Shown piece after piece: positions 50,135 to 59,960 of a stretch of 64,000 nucleotides of DNA. Position 1 is the stretch's first letter; the number at the start of each line of letters is the position of its first letter. The position numbers and the translations under genes are program-made. This stretch comes from a candidate division WOR-3 bacterium. Its GTDB lineage: Bacteria; Hydrothermota; Hydrothermia; LBFQ01. The notes beneath the pieces are model-generated. The model made no database searches. It was given only the letters and a program-made list of their open reading frames with translations, and was not told the DNA's origin. The DNA lies in contig JBDRWW010000001.1 in assembly GCA_039802605.1 (NCBI GenBank), forward strand, positions 224,001 through 288,000, written 5' to 3'.

Positions 50135-50559
50135 TGTTTTTATCCCAAACCACGGAGTACGCCCTAAGCGTTCTTGTGGAGATATACAGAACCAAAAAGA
50201 GGAAAGGGGGATATGTTAGGCTTGAAGACCTACCGGAAAGGTTTAGAAAACCTTACATAGGATTGATACTCAACCATTTAGTGAAGAAGGGGATTTTAAG
50301 ATCCCAAAAAGGCAAAGGCGGGGGATTTGATTTCAACATTCCACCCAATAAACTTACATTATGGAGAATTGTTGAGGTTTTAGAGGATACGGAACGGTAC
50401 GACAGATGCGTTTTTGGTTTGGAGCAATGTAATTCTTCTCAACCCTGCCCATTTCACAAAGAAATTGAGCCCATAAGGGAACGATTTAAAAGGTTTTTAA
50501 CGGGAAACACCATAGAGAAGTTGGCAAGAAATCTACCGGAAAGCATAACGGCCTTATAA
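50134..50559 (+). CDS. Rrf2 family transcriptional regulator
   Basis: 'SQTTEYAL', 'SQKGKGGG', CxxxxxCxxxxxCxxH. Confidence 0.88.
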   Translation: MFLSQTTEYALSVLVEIYRTKKRKGGYVRLEDLPERFRKPYIGLILNHLVKKGILRSQKGKGGGFDFNIPPNKLTLWRIVEVLEDTERYDRCVFGLEQCNSSQPCPFHKEIEPIRERFKRFLTGNTIEKLARNLPESITAL

Positions 50560-50567
50560 TATCATGC

Positions 50568-50957
50568 ATGTTGGATTTTGGCTTACTCTTTTTAAGGTTT
50601 ATAGTATCCCTTTTGATGATTTTGGGGCACGGTGTTCCGAAAGTTTTGAATCCGCAATCCCACATAAACCTTGTTGAAATGGCCTTTCACACCGGCCCCC
50701 TATCCCCAATATTGGCATACTTATCCATAGCAGCGGAAACCCTATTTCAGGTGTTCATTTTATTCGGTATCTTTACCCGTATATCCTCTCTTATATCCTC
50801 CATAAACATGCTCGTAGCCCTGTTTTTCCTTATATTCATAAGGGGTACGGATTTCCCAAATTATGAAAAAGCCCTGTTATACTTTGTAATATATACTTTT
50901 CTTGTTTTCTCGGGTGCGGGGAGGTATTCCTTTGATGAGTTGGTAAGGAGGAGATGA
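50568..50957 (+). CDS. DoxX family membrane protein
   Basis: 'LLFLR...HG..K', 'GIFTR', 'GAGRYSFD'. Confidence 0.88.
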   Translation: MLDFGLLFLRFIVSLLMILGHGVPKVLNPQSHINLVEMAFHTGPLSPILAYLSIAAETLFQVFILFGIFTRISSLISSINMLVALFFLIFIRGTDFPNYEKALLYFVIYTFLVFSGAGRYSFDELVRRR

Positions 50958-53900
50958 TGGTACCATTTTACTTTACCCTTCAAAATCCAACATTTAAAGA
51001 TGTAGGTTTTTATGTGTATCCAGTTGTTGAAGGTGGAGTATATAATTACATCGCCGGAGAACCCTTCTTACCTTACCTCGTCTTGGAAATAAATACCGGC
51101 TTTCCGGTAAGAAGCGTTGAATTAACCGTTTTGGATGTTGATACATTCCTTTTAAACAAACCTTTATATCCATCCCAAGGGTTTTTGTATGCAGACGGTA
51201 GAGAAATACCTTATGACGAGTTTAAGCCAAAATATAGGGGAGAGTATGGGGGCTTTGGCGTTATTTCTTGGAGGTATTCCAAGGGTAGGGTTTTTGTTGT
51301 AATATCGGCCTTTAAATATATTTCCGAGGGGAATATCCTACTATTTTCAAGGGGGATAAAACTTGAAGTGGAGCCCTTAATCGGGGTTAAAAGCAAAGAC
51401 GAAGGCAATTACAATTCGCAAGAGCACTACGATATGCTTTTGATATATCCGGATAACTTCTCGGGCGGCTCCGTTGAAAGGTTTATAAACTTTAAAAAGA
51501 AACAGGCCATAAGGGTTATAGCAAAGAAGGTTCAAGAGGCTAATGATTTTCGGGGTAGGGATTTGGCCGAAAGGATCAGGGAAATGATAAAGTATTATCA
51601 CTCACAGTTCGGTGTAAAATGGGTTTTGTTGGTAGGCGATAACGATGTTATACCCGTAAGATATGCAAAGTTATACGCATATTTCCAATACGGAAACGAA
51701 ATTCCCACAGACCTTTATTATGCGGATTTGGATGGGGATTGGGATTTAAACGGGAACGGGGTTTTTGGTGAGGTTTCGGATAGCCTTGATCTGTTTGCGG
51801 ATGTTTATGTTGGCAGAATTCCTATAAACGACGAATATGTTTTTGATAGGTATATTGATATGCTTGAAGAATATTTAAACTTTTCGCCGAGATATTTAAA
51901 GGTTTTTGCCCTGGGTTATGACCTTTTTTCCGGAGGCTCAAACGAGGGTATGGATGCGGTAAATTATATGCTCCAAAACTTACCACCAACTATGACCCTT
52001 GATACCCTTTCAAGGATGGATTTAAGCTCTTTTATAGATTCTCTTAACACCCATTTCTTTACAACCGTTGTAGTTCATGGGAATTTTCAGCATTTTTTAC
52101 TCGGTGGGGGATATTACACCATTGGTTCCGCAACATCGCAAAATATCAACAAACCGGTGTTTTTGAACATAATAGATTGCAACAACGGTGCGCTGGATAA
52201 GCCTTCTTTGGTGAAGTTTATTTTTAATAACTCCAATTCCGGGATTATAGGGATAAGGGCTACGAGTAGATTAAACGCCCCAACATTTTCGTCCACTGTG
52301 GATAAGGCCTTTATAGACTCCGTATTTTCGGGCAAGAGTCTTGGGGAAGCCTTTTATAAATCCTTAGCATACTTTATACCCTTAGCAATATCCGACAACA
52401 TTTACAGATACCTCACTTTTGGTTATGTTCTTTACGGCGACCCATCTTTATACCTTTGGCATAGTAATCCCTCTACCCTTAGTTTCTCTTCAACTCTTCC
52501 GGGTTCAACATATGGAACATTGTATGTGAATTGCGATTCCGGTTGTAGGGTTTTGGTTGATGGCATTACTTCATATGTTTCGGATGGTTCTACAAAATCC
52601 ATAACCACAAACTTCCCGAATAATCTTAAAATATACGCTTACAAACCCAATTATTATCCCGCCGAAACCTCCGCTGTTTTAACCGGTTATAAATTAAAGT
52701 TTTATTTAAACAAAAGTGTTTTAAGCGTTGGGGATACGGCGGAATTAACCTTGTATATAGAAAATAACGGAAATGCTCCGTTCAACGATACTGTTGAGAT
52801 TTCCTTTTTGAAGGATACCGTATTTATGGCCTATATTCCACCTAAGGGTAAAATAAACATCCGTTTCGATGTGTTTTCACCTTTTGAGGGTGATACATTT
52901 TTGGTAATAAACTCCGAAACATTACGGGTTAATTTTATAAACAACTCACCCCTTGTATTCCTATCACCCTTTGGAACATGGATAACAAACCCCCACAATG
53001 TGCAAACGGATACATTTTTCATAAACGGAAATCCCTATATTTTGCGGGAAAAATCGTATTATGTTGTTTCCGCGGATACGGTTTTCTTTTATTATAAATC
53101 CTATGCGGATACAATATTGCCAACACCCGTGGATACACCGGTTGTTTCCTTCACCCCTATCCAAAACGGAATAAGGATAACTTCAAGCGATACCTTTATG
53201 GTTTTTCACACATATGACAGGAAAACATTACGACCTTTAACCCTAAAACCTATAACTGGAATGTTTGAAATCAATAACATTTCGGGATTTTTGGGAATAT
53301 CAAGGGTTAGGAGGTTTAACCTTTCAAATCCCGTATGGATAGAGGTAAGGGGCTTCCCGAGAAAGGTTTGGGAGATTACATTAAAAGGGGCGGGGCAAAC
53401 ATCCCCGATTTTTATAAACGGATATATATATGCCACAGCAAATTCCAAAATTTATAAACTTAACTTAAACGGTGTAATTTTGGACAGTGCAGACTTAACC
53501 GGTGATGTTTGGGATAACATATCCTATGGTGATGGCCTATTAGGTATAGTTTCATCCAACGGAAAATTCGGGATTTATGATACTTCCTTAAACGCTTTAA
53601 AAGTTTTTGATATAACGGTTATTCCTACACAAACACAGGTTGCATACTTTAACGGTAAGTTTTATATAAATTCGGGAAACAACCTTTTAAGGTGCGATAC
53701 AACTAAATGCGATACCCTATTCTCCGATACGAGTTTAATAACATCTTTTTCCATAAGGCAGAACGGGGAAATATTTCTAACAACTTTCAAAAACCTTTAC
53801 AGGATTTATAACGATAGCATTTATGCTTTAAAAACCTTTTATAACCAAACCCGTCAGGTCGTTTCAACAAACTCCAAGGTTTTTGTTTTACTAAACGCCT

Positions 53901-54544
53901 ATTTATACACTTATCCGGATGATACTACGATTTATATCGGAGAAACCGACGGATATATGTCTTTAACGCCAAGGGGGGAGGCCGTAATTTCACTCTTAAA
54001 CAGGGGTTATATGAGCGGAAATTATACGAACCAATACTGGACTTTGGCCTTTTATAACGAACCTTTATCGGCATTCATAAACGGAAAGGAAACTTATATC
54101 TTTGCCCCAGGAGATGGGGGATTTTTCGCTTTTGACAGCTTGGGAAATATTATTCCCCTTTCTCCCTTCGGAAACAATGTATTAACGGGTAGGTCATACG
54201 AGTTGTTTGAAAATGGCGGAAAGGTATATCTCCTTTTGGCAAACTCCTGGAATATAACACTTTACGAGTTGGGTGAGGGGACAATTTCGGGTTATTGGTA
54301 TTATTCGGGTGGGGATTTAAGCCGTAGGAATTACTTAAATGTTGGGACAATAAGCGTATCGGAAATAACGGATTCAAAGGGATGTGTATTTATTGAAAGG
54401 GATAAGGTGGTTATGGAATGCGAAGGGGTTATATACGATGTTTTGGGTAGAAAGGTTTTTAAAGGTAAGGGGGTGTTTTCCAAAAGGGGTGCGTTTTTTG
54501 TTAAGGTTAAGGATAGGGTTTTAAAGGTTGTTTTAAAACTCTAA
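50954..54544 (+). CDS. Gingipain-like C25 cysteine peptidase with propeller and T9SS-like CTD
   Basis: 'WVLLVGD', 'PTDLYYADLDGDW', 'VYVGRIP', catalytic 'VHG' and 'IDC', 'LYGDP'; C-terminus 'IYDVLGRKV'. Confidence 0.85.
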   Translation: MMVPFYFTLQNPTFKDVGFYVYPVVEGGVYNYIAGEPFLPYLVLEINTGFPVRSVELTVLDVDTFLLNKPLYPSQGFLYADGREIPYDEFKPKYRGEYGGFGVISWRYSKGRVFVVISAFKYISEGNILLFSRGIKLEVEPLIGVKSKDEGNYNSQEHYDMLLIYPDNFSGGSVERFINFKKKQAIRVIAKKVQEANDFRGRDLAERIREMIKYYHSQFGVKWVLLVGDNDVIPVRYAKLYAYFQYGNEIPTDLYYADLDGDWDLNGNGVFGEVSDSLDLFADVYVGRIPINDEYVFDRYIDMLEEYLNFSPRYLKVFALGYDLFSGGSNEGMDAVNYMLQNLPPTMTLDTLSRMDLSSFIDSLNTHFFTTVVVHGNFQHFLLGGGYYTIGSATSQNINKPVFLNIIDCNNGALDKPSLVKFIFNNSNSGIIGIRATSRLNAPTFSSTVDKAFIDSVFSGKSLGEAFYKSLAYFIPLAISDNIYRYLTFGYVLYGDPSLYLWHSNPSTLSFSSTLPGSTYGTLYVNCDSGCRVLVDGITSYVSDGSTKSITTNFPNNLKIYAYKPNYYPAETSAVLTGYKLKFYLNKSVLSVGDTAELTLYIENNGNAPFNDTVEISFLKDTVFMAYIPPKGKINIRFDVFSPFEGDTFLVINSETLRVNFINNSPLVFLSPFGTWITNPHNVQTDTFFINGNPYILREKSYYVVSADTVFFYYKSYADTILPTPVDTPVVSFTPIQNGIRITSSDTFMVFHTYDRKTLRPLTLKPITGMFEINNISGFLGISRVRRFNLSNPVWIEVRGFPRKVWEITLKGAGQTSPIFINGYIYATANSKIYKLNLNGVILDSADLTGDVWDNISYGDGLLGIVSSNGKFGIYDTSLNALKVFDITVIPTQTQVAYFNGKFYINSGNNLLRCDTTKCDTLFSDTSLITSFSIRQNGEIFLTTFKNLYRIYNDSIYALKTFYNQTRQVVSTNSKVFVLLNAYLYTYPDDTTIYIGETDGYMSLTPRGEAVISLLNRGYMSGNYTNQYWTLAFYNEPLSAFINGKETYIFAPGDGGFFAFDSLGNIIPLSPFGNNVLTGRSYELFENGGKVYLLLANSWNITLYELGEGTISGYWYYSGGDLSRRNYLNVGTISVSEITDSKGCVFIERDKVVMECEGVIYDVLGRKVFKGKGVFSKRGAFFVKVKDRVLKVVLKL

Positions 54545-54563
54545 TCAACCTTAAAATAACGGT

Positions 54564-54899
54564 ATGGAAAAGTATATCTCAGATCATCTTCGCTATAAAA
54601 CGTTAGATGATTATGTAAAAAAAGAGATAGAAATTTTCCGGAAGTATGGTATTAAAGATGAGCTCTACCGCTTTCCGGATGTATGGGTCTCTCCTACACT
54701 TGAAGATATCTCTGAATTTATAGAAGAGGGTCATCGTATGTCCCCGGAGGTTGAGGCAGAGTTGAGGGCAGTCCTTATTGAGAAATTGGCGGAACTTGAG
54801 GACTGGCAGAAGGAGGCTCTACGTGAGGAGTTTCGTTGGTATCACAAGGTCTATCCCGACCGCAAGAAGCACTGGTGGTGGTGGCTACTTGAAGACTAA
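54564..54899 (+). CDS. Hypothetical protein with C-terminal HWWWWL, foreign codon usage
   Basis: 111-aa ORF with its own TAAAAT box; 7 of 8 Arg codons are CGN. Confidence 0.7.
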   Translation: MEKYISDHLRYKTLDDYVKKEIEIFRKYGIKDELYRFPDVWVSPTLEDISEFIEEGHRMSPEVEAELRAVLIEKLAELEDWQKEALREEFRWYHKVYPDRKKHWWWWLLED

Positions 54900-54911
54900 G
54901 GGCATTTCTAC

Positions 54912-54944
54912 GGAAATCCTACAACCTTAAAATTCCCGTATAAT
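54912..54944 (+). repeat. 33-bp direct repeat, left copy
   Basis: GGAAATCCTACAACCTTAAAATTCCCGTATAAT; 32/33 identical to 57096-57128. Confidence 0.9.
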
Positions 54945-54946
54945 TT

Positions 54947-56419
54947 ATGCTAAAATATAAATTCCTTGGTCAAGTTTGGACACCGAGGGAAATAGCAGAA
55001 TTTATGTTAGATAAAATAAATTTAGATTTTCCAAATTTAAGGATACTTGAACCCGCATGCGGTGAGGGGATCTTTTTGGAAGTTTTGGTAAATAGGTTAA
55101 AAGGCAGAAGTTATGAAATCCATTGCGTTGATATAGACAAAAAGGCTTTGGAAATTGCACAAAGAAAGTTTTACAACAATCCGAATATCAAGTTCTTTTA
55201 CATGGATTTCCTAAAAAAATTTAAAGGTTTTGGATATGACATCATAATATCAAATCCCCCATACATAAGGATACAAAATATACCGGACGGTTATAAGGAC
55301 TTTTTGTTTAATAATTTTAAATTTTGCAGGGGTGATACCGATATATTTTATGCATTTATTGAGAAATCACTAAGGATTTTAAACAATAAAGGATATTTGG
55401 CATTTATAATACCCAATTCTTGGTTATGGTCAAAAGCAGGAGAACCGTTCAGAAATTTTTTAATGAAAATGGAATACAATGTTGAGGTTTATGATTTTGA
55501 TCACTTTCAAATTTTTAGTGATGTATCAACCTATGTTTCCATAATTATATTACGGAAAGAAAAGGGACTCTATGGTTATTACAGGTTTGACGGTTCGGGT
55601 TTTGAGGGTAAAACCCTTTCTTGGCACAAAGTTAGATACTTTAAAGTTGTGGATAATGAAATTGTAGAAATGGTTCAATCCCAACCTTTAAAAATCGGCG
55701 ATATAAGGGTTGGTATAGCAACCTTATGCGATAGAGTTTTCATTTTTGAACCCGAGGGTGAAGATAAAAATTTTTATTTGTACAAGGGCTTTAAAATTGA
55801 AAAATCCATAACCAAAGAGATTATAAAAAACAGTAAAATTAAGAGTCATGAGGATATAAAGAACAACCGTTTAAGAATAATTTTCCCATATAAGAGCGGA
55901 AAATTGATAAAAGAAAATGTTCTTAAAGAAGAGTTTCCAAATGCGTATGAATATCTTTTGAATCATAAAGAAGAACTTTTAAAAAGGGACAAGGGTAAAA
56001 AGGTATATGAAAATTGGTACGCATTCGGCAGAACCCAGGGAATAAAAACATTATTTGGTAAAAAAATCTTAACACCTGCATTTAGTAAAAAACCGAATTT
56101 TGTGTATTGCGATAAAGAAGAGGCTTTGTTTTATGCGGGATATGGAATTTTTAACCCCCCTTATGATTTTGATGTTGTTGAGAAAATATTAAACAGTAGT
56201 TTAATTGAAAGTTATATGAATACCATATCAAAACCTTATAGAAACAATTGGAGATCATATTCAAAGGCCTTTCTGGAAAAAATAAGACTACCAATTTTAA
56301 ATCCCGATGAGATTGATAAACTCAAAAACACAACTAAAAAGGAGGAAATAGATGAATTTGTTTTGTGGTTGTACAAAAGAAAAGGCTTTAGAGGAAGCGT
56401 TAAGGGAAAGCTATTATAA
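54947..56419 (+). CDS. N6-adenine DNA methyltransferase (gamma class, Eco57I/TaqI-like)
   Basis: 'GQVWTP', 'LEPACGEGIF', 'ISNPPY', 'WYAFGRTQG'. Confidence 0.92.
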   Translation: MLKYKFLGQVWTPREIAEFMLDKINLDFPNLRILEPACGEGIFLEVLVNRLKGRSYEIHCVDIDKKALEIAQRKFYNNPNIKFFYMDFLKKFKGFGYDIIISNPPYIRIQNIPDGYKDFLFNNFKFCRGDTDIFYAFIEKSLRILNNKGYLAFIIPNSWLWSKAGEPFRNFLMKMEYNVEVYDFDHFQIFSDVSTYVSIIILRKEKGLYGYYRFDGSGFEGKTLSWHKVRYFKVVDNEIVEMVQSQPLKIGDIRVGIATLCDRVFIFEPEGEDKNFYLYKGFKIEKSITKEIIKNSKIKSHEDIKNNRLRIIFPYKSGKLIKENVLKEEFPNAYEYLLNHKEELLKRDKGKKVYENWYAFGRTQGIKTLFGKKILTPAFSKKPNFVYCDKEEALFYAGYGIFNPPYDFDVVEKILNSSLIESYMNTISKPYRNNWRSYSKAFLEKIRLPILNPDEIDKLKNTTKKEEIDEFVLWLYKRKGFRGSVKGKLL

Positions 56420-57005
56420 CTACCTTGAAGGGTATAAAAAGGGCAAAAAGGGTTCAAGGAGCACGGCAAAATTACTTACATTGCATAAGTTTATAGCGGA
56501 AAATGTTAAGGAAATTTTGGAGAATAACTTAAAGGCAAAATTTGAGGTTTTCTACATAAACGGAAAAGAAGTTAATATAAATGGTGCTTTCTATACTAAA
56601 AGGGTAGATGTATTTATCGGGCAAATAGGAAACTTTGAAGTTTTGAAAGATAGCGCAAAGAAAATTCATATATCTATAAAAAATCCCGAAAATCTATTCG
56701 TCTTTTCAATAAAGTTCATTACATCCAACTACAAACAAAATGCGAATAATTACTTTGAAAGTTTGATAGGAGAAACCGTAAATTTAAAGTCCTTAGGTAT
56801 CAAATTCGGTTATCTATTATTTTTAAAACACCCCATGCCTTATTTGGATAAAGTAGGCGTAATAAAAAAGTTTGAAGAAATTAGCGAAGATGACATTTTA
56901 AAATATTACAAACTATTCCAGAAACGGAAAGAGATTTTTTCACCAGATTTTATATTTTTGGGAGTTTATAAAATAAGCGCATTAATGAATCGCGGAAAAA
57001 TTTGA
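56352..57005 (+). CDS. Putative Type II restriction endonuclease (possibly 3'-frameshifted)
   Basis: Overlaps the MTase; 'KRVDV...SIKFITSNYKQNANNYFE..GE' is a PD-(D/E)xK-like arrangement; very AT-rich. Confidence 0.65.
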   Translation: MNLFCGCTKEKALEEALRESYYNYLEGYKKGKKGSRSTAKLLTLHKFIAENVKEILENNLKAKFEVFYINGKEVNINGAFYTKRVDVFIGQIGNFEVLKDSAKKIHISIKNPENLFVFSIKFITSNYKQNANNYFESLIGETVNLKSLGIKFGYLLFLKHPMPYLDKVGVIKKFEEISEDDILKYYKLFQKRKEIFSPDFIFLGVYKISALMNRGKI

Positions 57006-57095
57006 TAGAATAACTGTATTCAGATATATCCCAAAAAACATAAAAAACGGTTATCTTATTTCTTTTTTATCCCAACCTTTTTGCAGATTTTTATG

Positions 57096-57128
57096 GGAAA
57101 TCCTCCAACCTTAAAATTCCCGTATAAT
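57096..57128 (+). repeat. 33-bp direct repeat, right copy (panD promoter/start region)
   Basis: GGAAATCCTCCAACCTTAAAATTCCCGTATAAT; 32/33 identical to 54912-54944. Confidence 0.9.
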
Positions 57129-57129
57129 C

Positions 57130-57480
57130 ATGCTGGTAAAGGTTTTGAGGGCAAAAATACATTGGGCGAGGGTTACGGATAAGGATTTGAATTATGAGGG
57201 GAGTATAGTTATAAGTAGGGAACTTTTGGAAAAGGTGGGAATTTTACCTTATGAGAGCGTTTTAATAGTCAATGTGGAAACCGGTAATAGGTTTGAAACA
57301 TATGTTATACCCACGGATGAAAAGGGGGTAATTCAGTTGAACGGGGGGACTGCAAGGCTTGTGGAGATAGGCGATAGGTTGATAATCATGGCCTTTGGCT
57401 GGTTTGAAATTGATAAGGCAAAAGATGTTAAACCTAAGATAATCGTATTAAATGAAAGGAATGAGATAATTCAACCTTAA
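57130..57480 (+). CDS. panD: Aspartate 1-decarboxylase
   Basis: 'KIH.A.VT...L.YEGSI', 'NRFETYVI', 'LNGGTAR'. Confidence 0.95.
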   Translation: MLVKVLRAKIHWARVTDKDLNYEGSIVISRELLEKVGILPYESVLIVNVETGNRFETYVIPTDEKGVIQLNGGTARLVEIGDRLIIMAFGWFEIDKAKDVKPKIIVLNERNEIIQP

Positions 57481-57490
57481 AATACCCGCT

Positions 57491-57997
57491 ATGAGTATTC
57501 TTAGGAATATGTTCGTGAATTTCAAACACATATTCAAAAAACCCGTTACGGTTATGTATCCGAATAAAACGAGAGAAATTCCCGAAAGGTGGAGGCTTGG
57601 GGGATTTGCCCTAACATATAACCCCGAGACGGGTGAGGAAAACTGCATAGGTTGTCAGTTATGCCAAAACATATGCCCTTCACAGATAATAACCGTTGTA
57701 AGAGGTATGGAAACCATAACATTACCAGATGGTAGCACCAAGAAAAAAACATTTGCAAAGGAGTTTTATTTAGATTTTCAAGCCTGCATGCAATGCGAAC
57801 TGTGCGTTCAGGTTTGTCCTACGGATGCAATAGTAATGGTTAAGGAAAGGAGAAAACCGGGATATACGAGGGAGGATCTGCTATACGACAAGGAAAGGCT
57901 TCTTGAAAACGGAAGAAGGATATTAAAAGGAGAACTTGAAGTTTCTTGGACAACGGGTAATAGAATAAGGGAATTACAAGATCCTAAGAGGGCATGA
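57491..57997 (+). CDS. nuoI: NADH-quinone oxidoreductase subunit I (stand-alone)
   Basis: 'KPVTVMYP' and two CxxCxxCxxxCP motifs. Confidence 0.85.
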   Translation: MSILRNMFVNFKHIFKKPVTVMYPNKTREIPERWRLGGFALTYNPETGEENCIGCQLCQNICPSQIITVVRGMETITLPDGSTKKKTFAKEFYLDFQACMQCELCVQVCPTDAIVMVKERRKPGYTREDLLYDKERLLENGRRILKGELEVSWTTGNRIRELQDPKRA

Positions 57998-58341
57998 TCG
58001 GTTTTCTTTTATTTGTATCTTCGCCGGATGTAAATGTTGCAAAGGATACAGTGGTGGAAACAAACATGTCTTTTTGGTCATATTCTTCCTGTGCCGCAGC
58101 TTCCGGAGTAGAAGTTTTGGCATTCTACCTATCTTCTGGTTTGAGCGGGGGAATACCTTTATTGATAAGCACGGGTGCGGGTGGCACCGCGTGTGCGGTT
58201 TATAGTTATACCGCATACACCTTAACCCCCATAAAAGAGTTAAAACCAAAAGCTTTTAACAGTGCTTTTAGAGGGGGGACTGTGGGGATATTTTTGGGTT
58301 TAGGGACTGTAATAGTCTTAAAGCGTTTAGGGGTATTTTAG
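57994..58341 (+). CDS. Hypothetical membrane protein
   Basis: Coupled ORF with Gly/Ala-rich TM segments. Confidence 0.55.
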   Translation: MIGFLLFVSSPDVNVAKDTVVETNMSFWSYSSCAAASGVEVLAFYLSSGLSGGIPLLISTGAGGTACAVYSYTAYTLTPIKELKPKAFNSAFRGGTVGIFLGLGTVIVLKRLGVF

Positions 58342-58347
58342 AAAATT

Positions 58348-59535
58348 ATGGCAAATACAAAACTTGTTGAAGAGATTAAGGCGGAAATAGAGAATTTGAA
58401 GGAAACGGGGTTTTATGTGAATATCAGAACTGTACAAAGCCCCGTGGATGCGTGGGTTATAGTTGATGGTAAGAGGGTGTTAAACTTAACCTCCAACAAC
58501 TACTTGGGATTTGCAAACGAACCGAGGTTGAGGGAAGCGGCAAAAAAAGCAATTGATGAATACGGCATAGGTCCCGCCGCGGTTAGAACAATATCCGGAA
58601 CTATGAATCTCCATCTTATTTTGGAAAAAATGCTTGCAGAGTTTAAGAAGGCCGAGGCGGTAATATCCTATCAGAGTGGTTTTAAATCCAACTTATCCGT
58701 AATACCTGCAATAGTCGGAAGGGAAGACGGTATATTTTCAGATGAGTTGAACCATGCCTCAATAATAGACGGTTGCAGGCTTTCAAGGGCAGAGATCATA
58801 AGGTATGCCCATGCGGATGTTGATGATTTAAGGAAAAAGTTGGCGGAAAACAGACACAGGTTCAGGCGGGCATTAATAGTTACGGATGGCGTTTTCTCGA
58901 TGGACGGGGATATAGCACCTTTACCGGATATAGTGAAGGTTGCGAAGGAATATGATGCCATAGTTATGGTAGATGACGCCCATGGTGAGGGTGTTCTGGG
59001 TAAAGGCGGTAGGGGTATAGTGGATCACTTTGACCTACACGGGGAGGTTGATATAGAAATAGGAACGCTTTCAAAGGCTTTTGGTGTTGTTGGTGGATAC
59101 GCAGCATCTTCAAGCGTTATAGTGGATTATCTAAGGCAAAAATCAAGACCTTTCCTTTTCTCCTCAGCAATGACCGTTCCGGATGTGGCCGCATGTATAG
59201 AAGCGGTTAGGATTTTGCAGGAAAGCGAGGATAGGGTTAAAAAGCTTTGGGATAACGCAAACTACTTTAAGAAAAGGATGCAGGAGGCGGGTTTTAACAC
59301 TTGGAAATCCCAAACACCTATAACACCGATAGTAATAGGAGACGAAAAGACAACCCAAGAGTTTTCCAAAAGGCTCTTTGAAGAGGGTATATTCGTTCAG
59401 GCAATAGTTTATCCGACGGTTCCAAAGGGTACTGCAAGAATGAGGGTTATGATCTCAGCGGTACATACCAAGGAAGATTTAGATTTTGCTGTTGATAAGT
59501 TTATAAAGGTGGGTAAGGAGTTGAGGGTTATATGA
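58348..59535 (+). CDS. Glycine C-acetyltransferase / 8-amino-7-oxononanoate synthase family (PLP)
   Basis: 'SNNYLG', '[12 protein letters not shown]', 'DGVFSMDGD', 'GTLSKA'. Confidence 0.92.
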   Translation: MANTKLVEEIKAEIENLKETGFYVNIRTVQSPVDAWVIVDGKRVLNLTSNNYLGFANEPRLREAAKKAIDEYGIGPAAVRTISGTMNLHLILEKMLAEFKKAEAVISYQSGFKSNLSVIPAIVGREDGIFSDELNHASIIDGCRLSRAEIIRYAHADVDDLRKKLAENRHRFRRALIVTDGVFSMDGDIAPLPDIVKVAKEYDAIVMVDDAHGEGVLGKGGRGIVDHFDLHGEVDIEIGTLSKAFGVVGGYAASSSVIVDYLRQKSRPFLFSSAMTVPDVAACIEAVRILQESEDRVKKLWDNANYFKKRMQEAGFNTWKSQTPITPIVIGDEKTTQEFSKRLFEEGIFVQAIVYPTVPKGTARMRVMISAVHTKEDLDFAVDKFIKVGKELRVI

Positions 59536-59960
59536 AGGTGTATTTGAGGTATAACGGAAACTTTTGGGAAAACTCAAAAAGGTATGAATATAAAGGCAAC
59601 AAGGATGTGGTTAAGTATGTACTTTTCGGAGAAGAGGAAGGTTTAAACTTTGAGGTTAGGGTCTTTGTGGTGGAACCGGGGGGAGCAACATCCTTAGAAA
59701 AACACCAACACCAGCACGCCGTTTTGGTTTTGGAAGGTGAGGGCTCAGTGCTAGTAGGTAATAAGATATACGATATAAAACCCCTTGACGGTATATTCGT
59801 TCCACCATTAACGCCTCACCAGTTTGTGGCAAACAAGGGAAGTATTTTAAAGATCCTATGCATTGTTGATGCGCGTAGGGATAGACCACAAAGGTTAAGC
59901 GACGAGGAATTGAAGGATCTTTTAAAAAATCCGGAAATAGCGGGCGTTATAAAACCTTAA
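59532..59960 (+). CDS. Cupin domain protein
   Basis: 'PGG.T..EKHQHQH....LEGEG', 'PHQF'. Confidence 0.85.
   Translation: MKVYLRYNGNFWENSKRYEYKGNKDVVKYVLFGEEEGLNFEVRVFVVEPGGATSLEKHQHQHAVLVLEGEGSVLVGNKIYDIKPLDGIFVPPLTPHQFVANKGSILKILCIVDARRDRPQRLSDEELKDLLKNPEIAGVIKP

Noticed and set aside
54546..57483. CAACCTTAAAAT x4 as a CRISPR or attC array
   Set aside because: Gene-sized irregular spacing, no palindrome, no cas or integrase; the 12-mer matches the general promoter consensus
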